The notes beneath the pieces were generated by a model. The model was not told where the DNA came from. It was given only the letters and a program-made list of their open reading frames with translations, and did no database searches. This document shows, one piece after another, positions 55,067 through 64,000 of a stretch of DNA of 64,000 bases (positions are counted from its first letter, which is position 1; each line of letters starts with the position of its first letter). The stretch is from Parcubacteria group bacterium (lineage in GTDB: Bacteria > Patescibacteriota > Minisyncoccia > UBA6257 > JACRHW01). The translations under genes and the position numbers were made by a program. Location of the stretch: NCBI GenBank assembly GCA_016217555.1, contig JACRHW010000016.1:8845-72844 (forward strand). The letters run 5' to 3'.

Positions 55067-55240
55067 ATGACAAATTTCATCAAAAAAGTCAAAATTTTCT
55101 ATGAGGAGCACAGAATGCTCGTTATTTTTGGATTTCTCATCTTTCTTAGCACCACCATCGCTTTCGCTCTTGGCCTCATAGTAGGGGAGGAGCTCGTCGC
55201 AAAAACACCCTTTATTTATTCAACAGGGGACAGAAAATAA
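55067..55240 (+). CDS. possible 57-aa small membrane protein (below ORF-track cutoff)
   Basis: atgacaaatttcatcaaaaaagtc... translates MTNFIKKVKIFYEEHRMLVIFGFLIFLSTTIAFALGLIVGEELVAKTPFIYSTGDRK; preceded by agaaagctaatcaatt; coordinates +/-1. Confidence 0.3.
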   Translation: MTNFIKKVKIFYEEHRMLVIFGFLIFLSTTIAFALGLIVGEELVAKTPFIYSTGDRK

Positions 55241-55765
55241 AAAAGGCCGAGAATGCCTCGGCCAATGCAATAAAAGCCTACTAGTTTTTGTTCTCCTTGG
55301 CTACAAAATCATTCTCAACTCCGGTGAAAATCTTATCAGAAATCTTTTGAAATTGCGCGGAGATGGTGTGATAGATTCTGCGAAAAAGTTTCTTAATAGG
55401 ATCATTGATGATTGTCCAAATGAGACTCCATGGCCAATAGGTCATCCACATGAGAATCTTCTTCTTGTAGTTGTAAGCAAGGGGAGTTACAACAAATCTT
55501 TCATCCCGATGATATGTATGTGATCTAAATCACAATCAAGTTCATTAATGAAATCGTGTATATGGTCTGGATCAGGAAGCATGAGAAAATATCCTCCAAT
55601 ATAATAATGTACTGAATAGTATATACCATGTATTATTTGTCCTTTCCAGCTTTTATAAACTAGATAGGGGAGCGACTATACCATGGAAAGTTTTCCCCAG
55701 AATATACGTCGCACAATATATGTTTTCGGACGTATCAGGGACTTGTGGTGAGCATAGCCGAACCA

Positions 55766-55791
55766 ATTTAAAAAGCCCCGTATTGGGGCTG
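55766..55791 (-). terminator. rho-independent terminator after minus-strand ORF 55797-56150
   Basis: minus-strand reading agccccaatacggggct followed by ttttaaatt. Confidence 0.55.
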
Positions 55792-55796
55792 CTCAA

Positions 55797-56150
55797 CTAA
55801 TCACTCTTGCCTTGATCACAGTCACATCTCCCGCAAGTTTCGCGCGCTCGGTCTTGTTCTTTTATTGCACGATCTAGATTAGGATATGAATACGCGAAGA
55901 CTTCATCGAAAAAGAGCGCGTTTACTACCCAAAGTAAAACTATAATAACCAGAGTAACCGGAACCATGACCCAATAGAATAGTTCGTGCCAAAAAACATA
56001 AGGAATCGCAGGAATGGTATAGATAAGGCAAAGATCAACACAAAAAACACCAACACATAAGAATCCAAGTTGAACAATATGCTTAAGGCCACTACTCAAC
56101 CTTGCCACATCCTTTCTGGTTGCCAATGAACCAAAGTAATAATAGCACAT
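55797..56150 (-). CDS. hypothetical membrane protein
   Basis: ATG at 56150 (track ORF extends to 56219); 3 hydrophobic segments; C-terminal CGRCDCDQ. Confidence 0.4.
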   Translation of the reverse strand: MCYYYFGSLATRKDVARLSSGLKHIVQLGFLCVGVFCVDLCLIYTIPAIPYVFWHELFYWVMVPVTLVIIVLLWVVNALFFDEVFAYSYPNLDRAIKEQDRARETCGRCDCDQGKSD

Positions 56151-56250
56151 GTAGTATGTGCCGTCAAATTTTGGATTCCCCTGCCTACCGGTAGGCAGGC
56201 GCCTTCCCTCCCCCGCCAAGGCTACGGAAGGGCACAGCGCGGGAAGATAG

Positions 56251-56580
56251 TTAAACTAGATTTTTTAGGTATTCAAGAAAACCAATAATGAGTTTGAAAA
56301 GAGAAATTGATATTTGAATAACGACTTTGGCGATGGGTTTTACAAGCGTATCAATTATCTTCTTACCTACATCCCCTAGTGATTTTGTAATTTCAGAGGA
56401 AGATTTACTAAGCTCTCCTCTATCTACCTGACGCACATTGTCTTTTATTTCTTGTACGGCACCCGTAACCTCCTTTGGAACAGAAGAATTTGTGGTCGCA
56501 AAAGAAACAAAAGAAAACTGGAAAACAAGCAAGCAAAGAATACTTGAAATAAGATACACCCTAAAAGAAACTTTTCTCAT
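56251..56580 (-). CDS. hypothetical secreted protein
   Basis: ATG at 56580 gives signal-peptide-like MRKVSFRVYLISSILCLLVFQFSFVSFA. Confidence 0.45.
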   Translation of the reverse strand: MRKVSFRVYLISSILCLLVFQFSFVSFATTNSSVPKEVTGAVQEIKDNVRQVDRGELSKSSSEITKSLGDVGKKIIDTLVKPIAKVVIQISISLFKLIIGFLEYLKNLV

Positions 56581-56650
56581 ATTCTTATTATACCACAAAT
56601 CAAACCCATTAGGCGCTGATACTAAATAGAGAGATCCTTCGTCTGACGTC

Positions 56651-56725
56651 TCAGGATGACAGACTGGTGCTGGATTCCCGCCTTGGTTCGACTAGGCTCA
56701 CCATAAATCGCGGGAATAACAGTGA
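56651..56725. repeat. composite GTCATCCTGAG / GGAATCC-family palindromes (reverse orientation)
   Basis: ctcaggatgac ... ctggattcccgcc ttggttcgactaggctcaccataaatc gcgggaataac. Confidence 0.5.
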
Positions 56726-56756
56726 GAAGAATGGACACCATCCAAATCAAAAACGA

Positions 56757-56845
56757 ATCCTCAAGGGGGAGTCAGGTGTTATCGCTACGATAGGGGGAAT
56801 ATAACGGTCACCCCCTTGGAGATGAGTGTTTGGTTTGGGTGGGGG
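56757..56845 (-). repeat. palindromic intergenic element, copy 2 (inverted copy of 3384-3494)
   Basis: reverse complement ...ctccaagggggtgaccgttatattccccctatcgtagcgataacacctgactcccccttgagg... is ~80 percent identical to the core at 3408-3471. Confidence 0.6.
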
Positions 56846-56849
56846 GCAA

Positions 56850-58112
56850 TTACATATAATCGCGTGGGTTGACGGTTACCCCTATAGGAACCAGCCCCGC
56901 TGCTGGCGGAATGGATCGAAATTTAATACTGGGTGCCCAATACACCCCAAAATGAAGGTGTGGGCCTGTAGCATATCCCGTATTACCGGAATAGCCGATA
57001 AGATCACCACGCTTTACAGTTTGACCTATCGAGACAACATTGTTCTGTGATAAATGAGCATAAAGTGTCGCAAGATTATTATCATGCACCAACACTACAT
57101 GTTTCCCATACTGAAAACGGTCGAAACGAGAAGTTCCTCTGTCATTGTTACTAATCGCAAACACCTTGCCATCGGCGGCAGCATAGACGGGTGTCCCAAT
57201 ACTTACTCCATAGTCGATACCATTGTGAAATTGTGTACGATAGGCACGCCTTGCAAAATCAGTCTCTCCATACCTTTGCGTAATGGGTGCTCCCGGTATT
57301 GGATTTGCAAAAACACCATGTCTTGGAGAAAGCAGTGAATTATCGAACGAGGCACGCAGCTGACGCTCTAAATCGTCTATCTCTTTCCCAATCTTTTCTT
57401 GTTTCCGTTCAAGCTCTTTAAGTTGTTTTTGATAAATGGATTCCTTGCTTTTTGTTTGTTGTAAAAGACTATCTTTCACCTGTTTCTCCTCCGCCACAAT
57501 ATTTTTTTTTGATTGTAATCGTCCCTGCTCTGTCGTTTTTTCTTCCTTTTTTGTATGTGTCTCATCAAGGGAACCATTAAGCTGATCTTGTAACCGTTTC
57601 AAATCGTCTACTGCAACATAGAGCGAAGTATTAATACTTGAGAGACTTTCCATGTCCGCGAGGCTTTCTGAAAGACTTTTGGTACGTAAAAGCACAAAAA
57701 GAGGCGGCTCCCTATCACCTCCATGCACGTCTCTTAATATTGCTCCAAGGGCATCTTCCTTTTGAGCTATCTTATCCTTGAGATCACTAATTTCGTACTG
57801 CAGTGCGTTTGCCTCTACGCTTAATTTCTGTATCTGAATTTGACTTTCCTTTATACCAAGATTGAGTTTTTGAATTGAAGAAGTAATACTTCCCAATTCA
57901 GACTGAAGGGTTTTTTTTTCAGACTGCACCCCAGAAAGATTTTCGTGCACCTCTTTAATTTGCTGATGTACTACCTCTAATTCTTTTGATTTTTGTTGAA
58001 TAACATCTTTAAGTTCCGAAGGCACGGCAGCGTTGGTCTCAAAATTACGAAACAGAAACACCACACAAAAAACAATAAACATTACGCACCATCTAAAACT
58101 GTCGCTACGCAT
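56850..58112 (-). CDS. M23-family peptidoglycan endopeptidase with N-terminal coiled-coil (EnvC-like)
   Basis: 420 aa; signal/TM; ~230-aa coiled coil; C-terminal ...HNGIDYGVSIGTPVYAAADGKV...GYSGNTGYATGPHLHFGVY... Confidence 0.88.
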   Translation of the reverse strand: MRSDSFRWCVMFIVFCVVFLFRNFETNAAVPSELKDVIQQKSKELEVVHQQIKEVHENLSGVQSEKKTLQSELGSITSSIQKLNLGIKESQIQIQKLSVEANALQYEISDLKDKIAQKEDALGAILRDVHGGDREPPLFVLLRTKSLSESLADMESLSSINTSLYVAVDDLKRLQDQLNGSLDETHTKKEEKTTEQGRLQSKKNIVAEEKQVKDSLLQQTKSKESIYQKQLKELERKQEKIGKEIDDLERQLRASFDNSLLSPRHGVFANPIPGAPITQRYGETDFARRAYRTQFHNGIDYGVSIGTPVYAAADGKVFAISNNDRGTSRFDRFQYGKHVVLVHDNNLATLYAHLSQNNVVSIGQTVKRGDLIGYSGNTGYATGPHLHFGVYWAPSIKFRSIPPAAGLVPIGVTVNPRDYM

Positions 58113-58129
58113 AGATTATGTGGTTTGAA

Positions 58130-59560
58130 TTACATGAGAAGTGCTGCCAGCTTCTGAAGCGCAAGCTCTATGCGCCTTATGGAATCCTCCTTCCCCAAAA
58201 TTCCTGCTATTTCAAAAGGACCAGGAGAATGCGACTGTCCAGAAAGCGCAACGCGCAATGGCCACAGCATCTCCCCCCTTCCCCTTGATTCGGTAAGAGG
58301 CATTATAAGAGTCTCTACTGCGGAAGTATTCCAGATTTCATTGTACGCTCCTAGAACCCCTAAAACGATTTTGAGATTATCCTCAGCCATTTCTAAAGAC
58401 ATCGTTTTCCAAACAAGAAGTTGTGCCTCGTATTCGGGAAGATCAAAAAAGAAACGAGCAAGATCAGAAAATTCACTAAACCGTTTCATCCGTTCTTGTT
58501 CGAGGGAAATAATTGCAACAAGCTTTTCCTTATCACGTACCCACTCTTCTGGAAGAAACGGAGTTAGAAGAACAACAAGTTCTTCTGGTGTTTTTTCTTT
58601 GACATAGTGGGCATTCATCCAATTGAGTTTTTCGATGTCAAAAATGGCGCCAGCTTTTTGAACACGCGAGATATCAAATTGCTCTATCAACTCTTCTTGT
58701 GTTAAAAGTTCTGCGTCAGATATACTGGGGTGCCAACCTAATAATGCAATAAAATTAAACAACGCCTCCGGTAAATAACCAGAATTTTTGTATTCGAGAA
58801 TAGAAACCGCATTAAAACGCTTCGAGAGTTTTGCCCTATTTTTATCAAGAATAAGGGGGAGGTGGGCGTATTCTGGCGTGGTAAATCCAAGTGCTCTTTG
58901 TAATGCTATTTGTTTTGGGGTATTTGAAATATGATCTTCCCCACGAATAACATGGCTAATTTTCATTTCAAAATCATCCACTACTACTGCAAAATTATAG
59001 AGGGGGGTACGCACATTTTTAGCTATTACCACATCACCAAAAAGACTCGTATCAAACTCAACTTTCCCACGAATCATATCCTCAAACGCTATGCGCGTTT
59101 CTGGCATCCTAAACCTGATAACCGAAGATTCCCCCTGGACCGCCCTCTGTTCTGCCTGCTCTCGAGAAAGATGGGAACACCTCCCGGAATACTTGGGAGC
59201 AACTCCACGCGTCATCATCTCTTGTCGCTCTATTTCAAGCTCCTCCTCCCGACAGAAACAATAATAAACATCTCCCTTCTCAAAAAGCTGAATAAGATAT
59301 TTTTCATAGATATCTAACCGTTCTGACTGACGATAAGGCCCCTCATCCCATGATAGACCAAGCCATGTAAGATGTTCCAAAATATCTTTTTCGAAAGCGG
59401 GTTCTGACCGCTCGAGATCAGTATCCTCAATACGTAACACAAACGTACCACCAAGTTTTTTAGCAAAAAGATAGTTAAAAAGGCCTGTTCGCGCAGTACC
59501 TATATGAAGTGATCCTGTAGGAGATGGTGCCAAACGAACACGTATAGGATTCATAAACAA
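58130..59560 (-). CDS. gltX: glutamyl-tRNA synthetase
   Basis: 476 aa; RLAPSPTGSLHIGTARTGLFNYLFAKK (HIGH); ...KLSKR... (KMSKS). Confidence 0.92.
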   Translation of the reverse strand: MFMNPIRVRLAPSPTGSLHIGTARTGLFNYLFAKKLGGTFVLRIEDTDLERSEPAFEKDILEHLTWLGLSWDEGPYRQSERLDIYEKYLIQLFEKGDVYYCFCREEELEIERQEMMTRGVAPKYSGRCSHLSREQAEQRAVQGESSVIRFRMPETRIAFEDMIRGKVEFDTSLFGDVVIAKNVRTPLYNFAVVVDDFEMKISHVIRGEDHISNTPKQIALQRALGFTTPEYAHLPLILDKNRAKLSKRFNAVSILEYKNSGYLPEALFNFIALLGWHPSISDAELLTQEELIEQFDISRVQKAGAIFDIEKLNWMNAHYVKEKTPEELVVLLTPFLPEEWVRDKEKLVAIISLEQERMKRFSEFSDLARFFFDLPEYEAQLLVWKTMSLEMAEDNLKIVLGVLGAYNEIWNTSAVETLIMPLTESRGRGEMLWPLRVALSGQSHSPGPFEIAGILGKEDSIRRIELALQKLAALLM

Positions 59561-59594
59561 AAATTAAACGAGATAATCTTAAATACCTTTACCA

Positions 59595-60719
59595 TCAATG
59601 GGCCGTACCGGTTAGTAGTATTTCACGTGCAATCTGCTCTGCCGCCTGTGGTGCCGCAAATTTTTTTGCACCTTCGATCATTTTCGTGCACACCTCCTCA
59701 GTATCAAGTATACGAAACAGTCTTTCGAGAAATAGATGTGGCAACAAATTCGCCTGTTCAAAAAGTTCTGCACCTCCATATTCTGCATATTCTTGAGCAT
59801 TAAAAAGCTGATGATCATTTGCAAGCCCTGCAAGAGGAATAAGGATGGCGGGTTTATTGAGTGCGGCAAGTTCAAAAACAACACCCGCCCCCGCCCTTGA
59901 AATTACAAGATCTGCGGCATAGAGGGCGTTGTGATACTCTTCTCCTTCGAGAAATCCAACTATTTTATAATCATTTTTATTTTGTACTCTCCCAAGATCT
60001 TCCATTGCCGCCACCTCCCCACGCATCGCTTCATAATTTGTACTTCCCACCTGATGTAGCACCTGAACTTTTTGGAGGAGCTGCGGAAGAAGATTTACAA
60101 TAAAATCATTAATCGCAATGGCACCCTGAGAACCTCCCAAAACGAGAATAAGTGGTTTTGTGGAATCAAATCCAAAATGTTTTTTCGCCTCCTCCTGTGC
60201 AATAGAGACATATAACCCTAAACGCAAGGGATTACCAGCCATAATAGGTGCCTTTGTTTTAAAGTATTGCTTTGCATGTTCAAAAGAAATCATCACTTTT
60301 TTTGCAAACCAAGCTCCTGTAAGATTAGCCTTTCCTGGAATACTATCCGATTCATGTACTACTACAGGAATACGATAAAGCCACGCAACAATGACAATAG
60401 GCAACGACCCATAAGAACCTTTGGAAAACACCACGTCAGGCATATAGGAGAGAAGAAGCCAGAGTGATTGCACAATACCTACAAGCGTTTTTCCTATACC
60501 CAAAATGCCACCATTTCCTGCAATGATTTTATAAATAGGTAATCCACTCTTGTCTAAAAACCGCAAGGAGTTATCGTTGGGGCCAAAATAACGTATTTCT
60601 ACATCAACATGTTCCTCGCCGGATACCTTTTGAATACCTTCAAAAACCGCAAGAAGAGGAAACACATGTCCTCCACTCCCTCCCGCAGTAAATGCCACGC
60701 GAATGATAGGATTTGCCAT
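59595..60719 (-). CDS. murG: UDP-GlcNAc:undecaprenyl-PP-MurNAc-pentapeptide GlcNAc transferase
   Basis: 374 aa; ...AFTAGGSGGHVFPLLAV...; GT28 fold; adjacent to ftsW. Confidence 0.9.
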   Translation of the reverse strand: MANPIIRVAFTAGGSGGHVFPLLAVFEGIQKVSGEEHVDVEIRYFGPNDNSLRFLDKSGLPIYKIIAGNGGILGIGKTLVGIVQSLWLLLSYMPDVVFSKGSYGSLPIVIVAWLYRIPVVVHESDSIPGKANLTGAWFAKKVMISFEHAKQYFKTKAPIMAGNPLRLGLYVSIAQEEAKKHFGFDSTKPLILVLGGSQGAIAINDFIVNLLPQLLQKVQVLHQVGSTNYEAMRGEVAAMEDLGRVQNKNDYKIVGFLEGEEYHNALYAADLVISRAGAGVVFELAALNKPAILIPLAGLANDHQLFNAQEYAEYGGAELFEQANLLPHLFLERLFRILDTEEVCTKMIEGAKKFAAPQAAEQIAREILLTGTAH

Positions 60720-60880
60720 AAGATAAGTTATTTCTTGTACTTACTATATCGCAAAAAAACCAACAAATCAAAGAAAAAGTATCTGGTATCTTGTAGCTAG
60801 TATTTTGTATACCCAATAACGCAATGTTCGCTGTAAGCGAACATATACTAGATACACGATACTAAATACAACATACTATT

Positions 60881-61972
60881 TTACCGTACTGTGTACCTTG
60901 ATACATTAGCCACAAATCCTGTACACGCCAATACTACAATAAGCGAAGTTCCCCCATAACTAATAAATGGCAAAGGAAGCCCCGTAAGAGGAAGCAAGCC
61001 ACTTATCGCCCCAATGTTAATAAAACCTTGTAATACGATCGTTGAAATCATCCCCGTAGTGGCAAGTGCAGAAAATGAATCGGGTGCATCCCGTGCAATT
61101 TTGAATCCGCGCACCAAAAGTAAAAGGAAAAGCCCAATAAGAAGGGCGGCACCCACAAATCCAAGCTCTTCGGCAACAAGAGCAAAAATAGAATCCCCTA
61201 TTGGCTCTGGGAGATAAGATGTTTTTGCTCTACTATTTCCGAACCCTATTCCAAACATCCCACCAGAACCAAGTGCAATGAGAGCCTGGTTGATATGGTA
61301 TCCCTTTCCTTGAGGATCAGAATCGGGATTAAAATACGTAAGAAGTCTGTCTTTACGGTAGGGGGTAACCATAACAACAAGAGCAAGAATTAAACCAATA
61401 AGAAGCGCGGTAAAAAGAAGATGGTGCAAACGGGCACCGCCAACGAAATACATAAAAAGAGTTGCTATAACTATAAGCGCAAAAATTGCTGTAGCGGGTT
61501 GTTTGAGGAGGAGACCAGCAATGAGACCCATAACAATGAGGAAGGGAAGAAGCCCCTCCTTGATGCTTTGCGACTTCTTAGCTCGAGCTCCAAAAAATGC
61601 TGCAATGTAAATGATAAACGTAAATTTGAGAAGTTCCGCGGGTTGGAACATTAAAGGACCTAGTCGTAACCATCGTGTTGCCCCCCCTGCAGTAACCCCA
61701 AATGGCGTAAAAACAAGAATAAGCAAAATAATATTTGCAATCAAAAGGACAAGAGACATTTTTTGGAAAAAACGATAGTAACAATAATAAGCAACGAGGA
61801 AAAAGAATCCACCAAAGCCAAGCGAAACAAGCTGGTGCTTGAAATAATAATATATGTCATCAAATTTTTGTTTTCCAAGAACCGAAGAGGCACTAAGAAG
61901 CATAGCAAGCCCAAATACAAGAAGCGTGCCCACAATCACTAAGAAAACATAATCGGGTTGATGGCGTCGCAT
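60881..61972 (-). CDS. ftsW: SEDS-family peptidoglycan glycosyltransferase (FtsW/RodA)
   Basis: 363 aa; 10 TM; C-terminal ...GLLPLTGLPLPFISYGGTSLIV... Confidence 0.88.
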   Translation of the reverse strand: MRRHQPDYVFLVIVGTLLVFGLAMLLSASSVLGKQKFDDIYYYFKHQLVSLGFGGFFFLVAYYCYYRFFQKMSLVLLIANIILLILVFTPFGVTAGGATRWLRLGPLMFQPAELLKFTFIIYIAAFFGARAKKSQSIKEGLLPFLIVMGLIAGLLLKQPATAIFALIVIATLFMYFVGGARLHHLLFTALLIGLILALVVMVTPYRKDRLLTYFNPDSDPQGKGYHINQALIALGSGGMFGIGFGNSRAKTSYLPEPIGDSIFALVAEELGFVGAALLIGLFLLLLVRGFKIARDAPDSFSALATTGMISTIVLQGFINIGAISGLLPLTGLPLPFISYGGTSLIVVLACTGFVANVSRYTVR

Positions 61973-61976
61973 TTAT

Positions 61977-63533
61977 TTAATGTAACGAGGATTTGATAAT
62001 TTGACCTGATGTGGAATTGAGGAAATTTCCACGCTCATAGGACAATACTCCATTTACAAAAACCATAACGATACCTTCTGGGTAGAGCCCGGGATTTTCG
62101 AAGGTACCTTTTTCACCCACCTGTGATGGATCGAGGATAACGATATCGGCATTATTACCCACCTTAACAACACCACGCTTTGTAAAACCATATTTTAGAG
62201 CTACAGTACCTGTAATCTTTTGAATTGCCTCTTCAAAAGATATTTTCCTTTTTTCTCGCACCATACGGAGAAAACGCGGAAATGCTCCGAAAGAACGAGG
62301 ATGAATTTTAGGACGATTCAGGACACCTATTTTGTCATACCCCACCCCATGAGAACTGATACACGAAAGGGGGTGAAACAAAAGCTCCTCACGAAGAGTC
62401 TCGTCACTATCTACTATAAACCCGCCAACTTGATTTTCAGAAATTTGAAGTATCTTTAACAGCGCCTCCCCAATACTTATATTTTGATTTAAGGCGACCT
62501 CCTTGATACTTTTTCCGTGAATAATCCACTGATTTTTTGCATAAGAAATGATAATGTCGCCAATTTCTTTCTGTCGTGCATCGATATCATTTAAAATACG
62601 AGCTCGTGTATCACTTGTGGTAAGGTAGCGCGAAAGTTGGTCAAAACCCCGCTGAGTTGCCCATGTTGGCAATAAGGTAAACATGGGTCTCACACTTATA
62701 TGGTAAGGAGAAATATCGAAGTGAACAGAAATATTGTGAGACGCCTCTTCAATAGACTCCAAACCCCTTCTAAAATCATCGGATCGCGGGGTGGCAAGAT
62801 GAGTAATTTCTGTAATAAGATCATTTTCCTTCGCAAGAGAAAGTACCTCCCCCACCCCCCGTTCTATTCCCGACTCTTCCTTTGGATAACAACCGTACAC
62901 CCCTTTTCTATGGGCGATACTTTTTGTGAGTTCAAAAAGTTCTTCGGTACTTACATGAGATGCTCGACTATAAGCCAATCCAGTAGAAAATCCGAGCGCC
63001 CCCTCCTTAAGACCCTGCTCAATAAGATAAACAAATTTTTTATACTCATTCTTACCAAGTGGAATAAGTGAGTCCCCCATAAGCCCCCTGCGAATCGTTG
63101 AATGACCAACAAGGCTTCCAAAATTTACTCCAAATTTACGCGTATGGAGCCACGTCATAAATTCGCCGAAAGAACCCCAATTGATATTTATTTGGTTCGG
63201 ATCTGCCCACTTTCGAAGAGAAAGAATGCCATCTCCAAACAATGGTGCAAGAGAAGTTCCTGAATTTCCACCAACAATCGATGTTACTCCCTGCGCCAAG
63301 AGACTCCTTTGCCCCGGATCACTAAACAACGTAAAATAATGATCCGAGTCAACGTTTACATCAATAAAACCAGGGGTCACGGTAAGACCAGCAAGGTCAA
63401 TCACACGATCCGCCCTAACATTAGGGAACGAGCCAATATCCGAAACAACATTATCCTTAATTAAAATATCAGACTGCACCCCAGGCGTACCCGTACCATC
63501 AACGAGAAAACAATTTCTAAGTAATATAAGCAT
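61977..63533 (-). CDS. amidohydrolase-superfamily protein (D-aminoacylase-like) lacking the N-terminal HxH metal motif
   Basis: ATG at 63533 gives MLILLRNCFLVDGTGTPGVQSDILIKDNVV.DIG...VIDLAGLTVTPGFIDVNVDSDHY (the usual GFID.HTHDD reads NVDSD); track ORF extends to 63701. Confidence 0.7.
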   Translation of the reverse strand: MLILLRNCFLVDGTGTPGVQSDILIKDNVVSDIGSFPNVRADRVIDLAGLTVTPGFIDVNVDSDHYFTLFSDPGQRSLLAQGVTSIVGGNSGTSLAPLFGDGILSLRKWADPNQININWGSFGEFMTWLHTRKFGVNFGSLVGHSTIRRGLMGDSLIPLGKNEYKKFVYLIEQGLKEGALGFSTGLAYSRASHVSTEELFELTKSIAHRKGVYGCYPKEESGIERGVGEVLSLAKENDLITEITHLATPRSDDFRRGLESIEEASHNISVHFDISPYHISVRPMFTLLPTWATQRGFDQLSRYLTTSDTRARILNDIDARQKEIGDIIISYAKNQWIIHGKSIKEVALNQNISIGEALLKILQISENQVGGFIVDSDETLREELLFHPLSCISSHGVGYDKIGVLNRPKIHPRSFGAFPRFLRMVREKRKISFEEAIQKITGTVALKYGFTKRGVVKVGNNADIVILDPSQVGEKGTFENPGLYPEGIVMVFVNGVLSYERGNFLNSTSGQIIKSSLH

Positions 63534-63640
63534 AATTAGTACTTTTATTATAACCCAATAACAGTCAAACCGTATCCACAGGGCATGCATCCAATTGCCA
63601 TACTCCCATACGATGCTGGCACTGTTTTGAAACACAATAT

Positions 63641-63698
63641 TCCCTGAGCGAAGTCGAAGGGTTTCCTTAGAGAAAGGTAGGCCTTCGACAAGCTCAGG
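63641..63698. repeat. ~58-bp hairpin of the CCTGAGCGAAG family
   Basis: ccctgagcgaagtcgaagg gtttccttagagaaaggtag gccttcgacaagctcagg. Confidence 0.5.
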
Positions 63699-63738
63699 CA
63701 CTAGTAATCATGAGGTTATCGAACGGCGCCTACGATTC

Positions 63739-63767
63739 TTGACACTCAATAGTAAAAGTGTTATATT
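63739..63767 (+). promoter_or_regulatory. strong sigma70-type promoter upstream of rseP
   Basis: TTGACA, 17-nt spacer ctcaatagtaaaagtgt, TATATT; SD aaaggag precedes the ATG at 63800. Confidence 0.55.
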
Positions 63768-63799
63768 ATCAGAAGCACATCGAAAGGAGAAATGTCTAA

Positions 63800-64000
63800 A
63801 TGGAAACGTTGGTACTCGTAGGAAAGGTTGTTTTCTGCTTTATTTTGGTTGTCGGAGTTCACGAAGTGGGACACGCCATTGTGGCGATCCTTTGTGGTAT
63901 CAAGGTTGAGGAGATCAGTATTGGGATTGGTCCTGGCATCAGAATCAAGAGCAAAACAAATTCATTCCCCACGCTTATTCTGAGCCCTATTGCCATTGGT
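63800..64000 (+). CDS. rseP: site-2 protease RseP (M50 zinc metalloprotease), N-terminal portion (3' end beyond window)
   Basis: METLVLVGKVVFCFILVVGVHEVGHAIVAILCGIKVEEISIGIGP...: first TM with HExGH zinc motif, characteristic of the RseP N-terminus. Confidence 0.8.
   Translation, partial: METLVLVGKVVFCFILVVGVHEVGHAIVAILCGIKVEEISIGIGPGIRIKSKTNSFPTLILSPIAIG

Noticed and set aside
56676-56725. tmRNA/tRNA-like strings (ggattcgac-like ttggttcgact, ...ctcacca)
   Set aside because: No cloverleaf or tmRNA pseudoknot layout is possible. The segment matches the reverse orientation of the GGGAATCC palindrome family (ctggattcccg...cgggaataac).

Overview
This window looks like a low-GC, small-genome bacterium, most plausibly a CPR/Patescibacteria-like lineage. 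That call is an inference from four features: no L30 between S5 and L15, lineage-type extensions on L22/L23/L24, almost no Shine-Dalgarno sequences, and several truncated proteins (RpoA without alpha-CTD, AlaS without C-Ala, a short MurJ). The backbone is the universal ribosomal superoperon in canonical order: rpsL(partial)-rpsG-fusA, tuf-rpsJ-rplCDWB-rpsS-rplV-rpsC-rplP-rpmC-rpsQ-rplNXE-rpsN(typeZ)-rpsH-rplF-rplR-rpsE-rplO-secY-adk-map, then infA-rpmJ-rpsM-rpsK-rpsD-rpoA-rplQ-rplM-rpsI-murA. Two accessory blocks interrupt it: a ~2.8 kb block between fusA and tuf, and a ~17.5 kb block between map and infA. The larger block carries ruvX, pgk, rnhA, an RNase P RNA gene, a glycan-assembly cluster, murJ-like, alaS, a FecR + CHASE2 adenylate cyclase pair, FKBP and small Cys-rich ORFs. 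Downstream lie murA, an MscS-like gene, and a tandem array of three paralogous genes fusing a VirB2/TrbC-like double-TM module to different cell-wall hydrolase domains (CHAP, NlpC/P60-like, glucosaminidase). Further downstream are fmt, def, a PriA homolog with degenerate ATPase motifs, ctpA, rplI, rpmA, an M23 peptidase, gltX, murG, ftsW, an amidohydrolase and the start of rseP. The intergenic DNA is dense with short repeat families: (1) three ~175-bp structured elements at r-protein gene junctions that look homologous to the 3' half of the rnpB gene found in this window; (2) two copies of a ~100-bp element with 15-bp terminal inverted repeats that abut and supply the ATG-AAA-TT start of adk and pgk; (3) AGCT-core tandem hexamer/heptamer arrays (CCTAAAAGCTAA...) 3-12 nt upstream of many r-protein starts; (4) a pair of ~75-bp elements in inverted orientation flanking rpsS..rpmC; (5) GTCATTCCCG...CGGGAATCCAG-type palindromes; (6) a two-copy ~100-bp palindromic element. 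I may have mis-transcribed by up to a few nt in low-complexity stretches; CDS ends follow the supplied ORF track.
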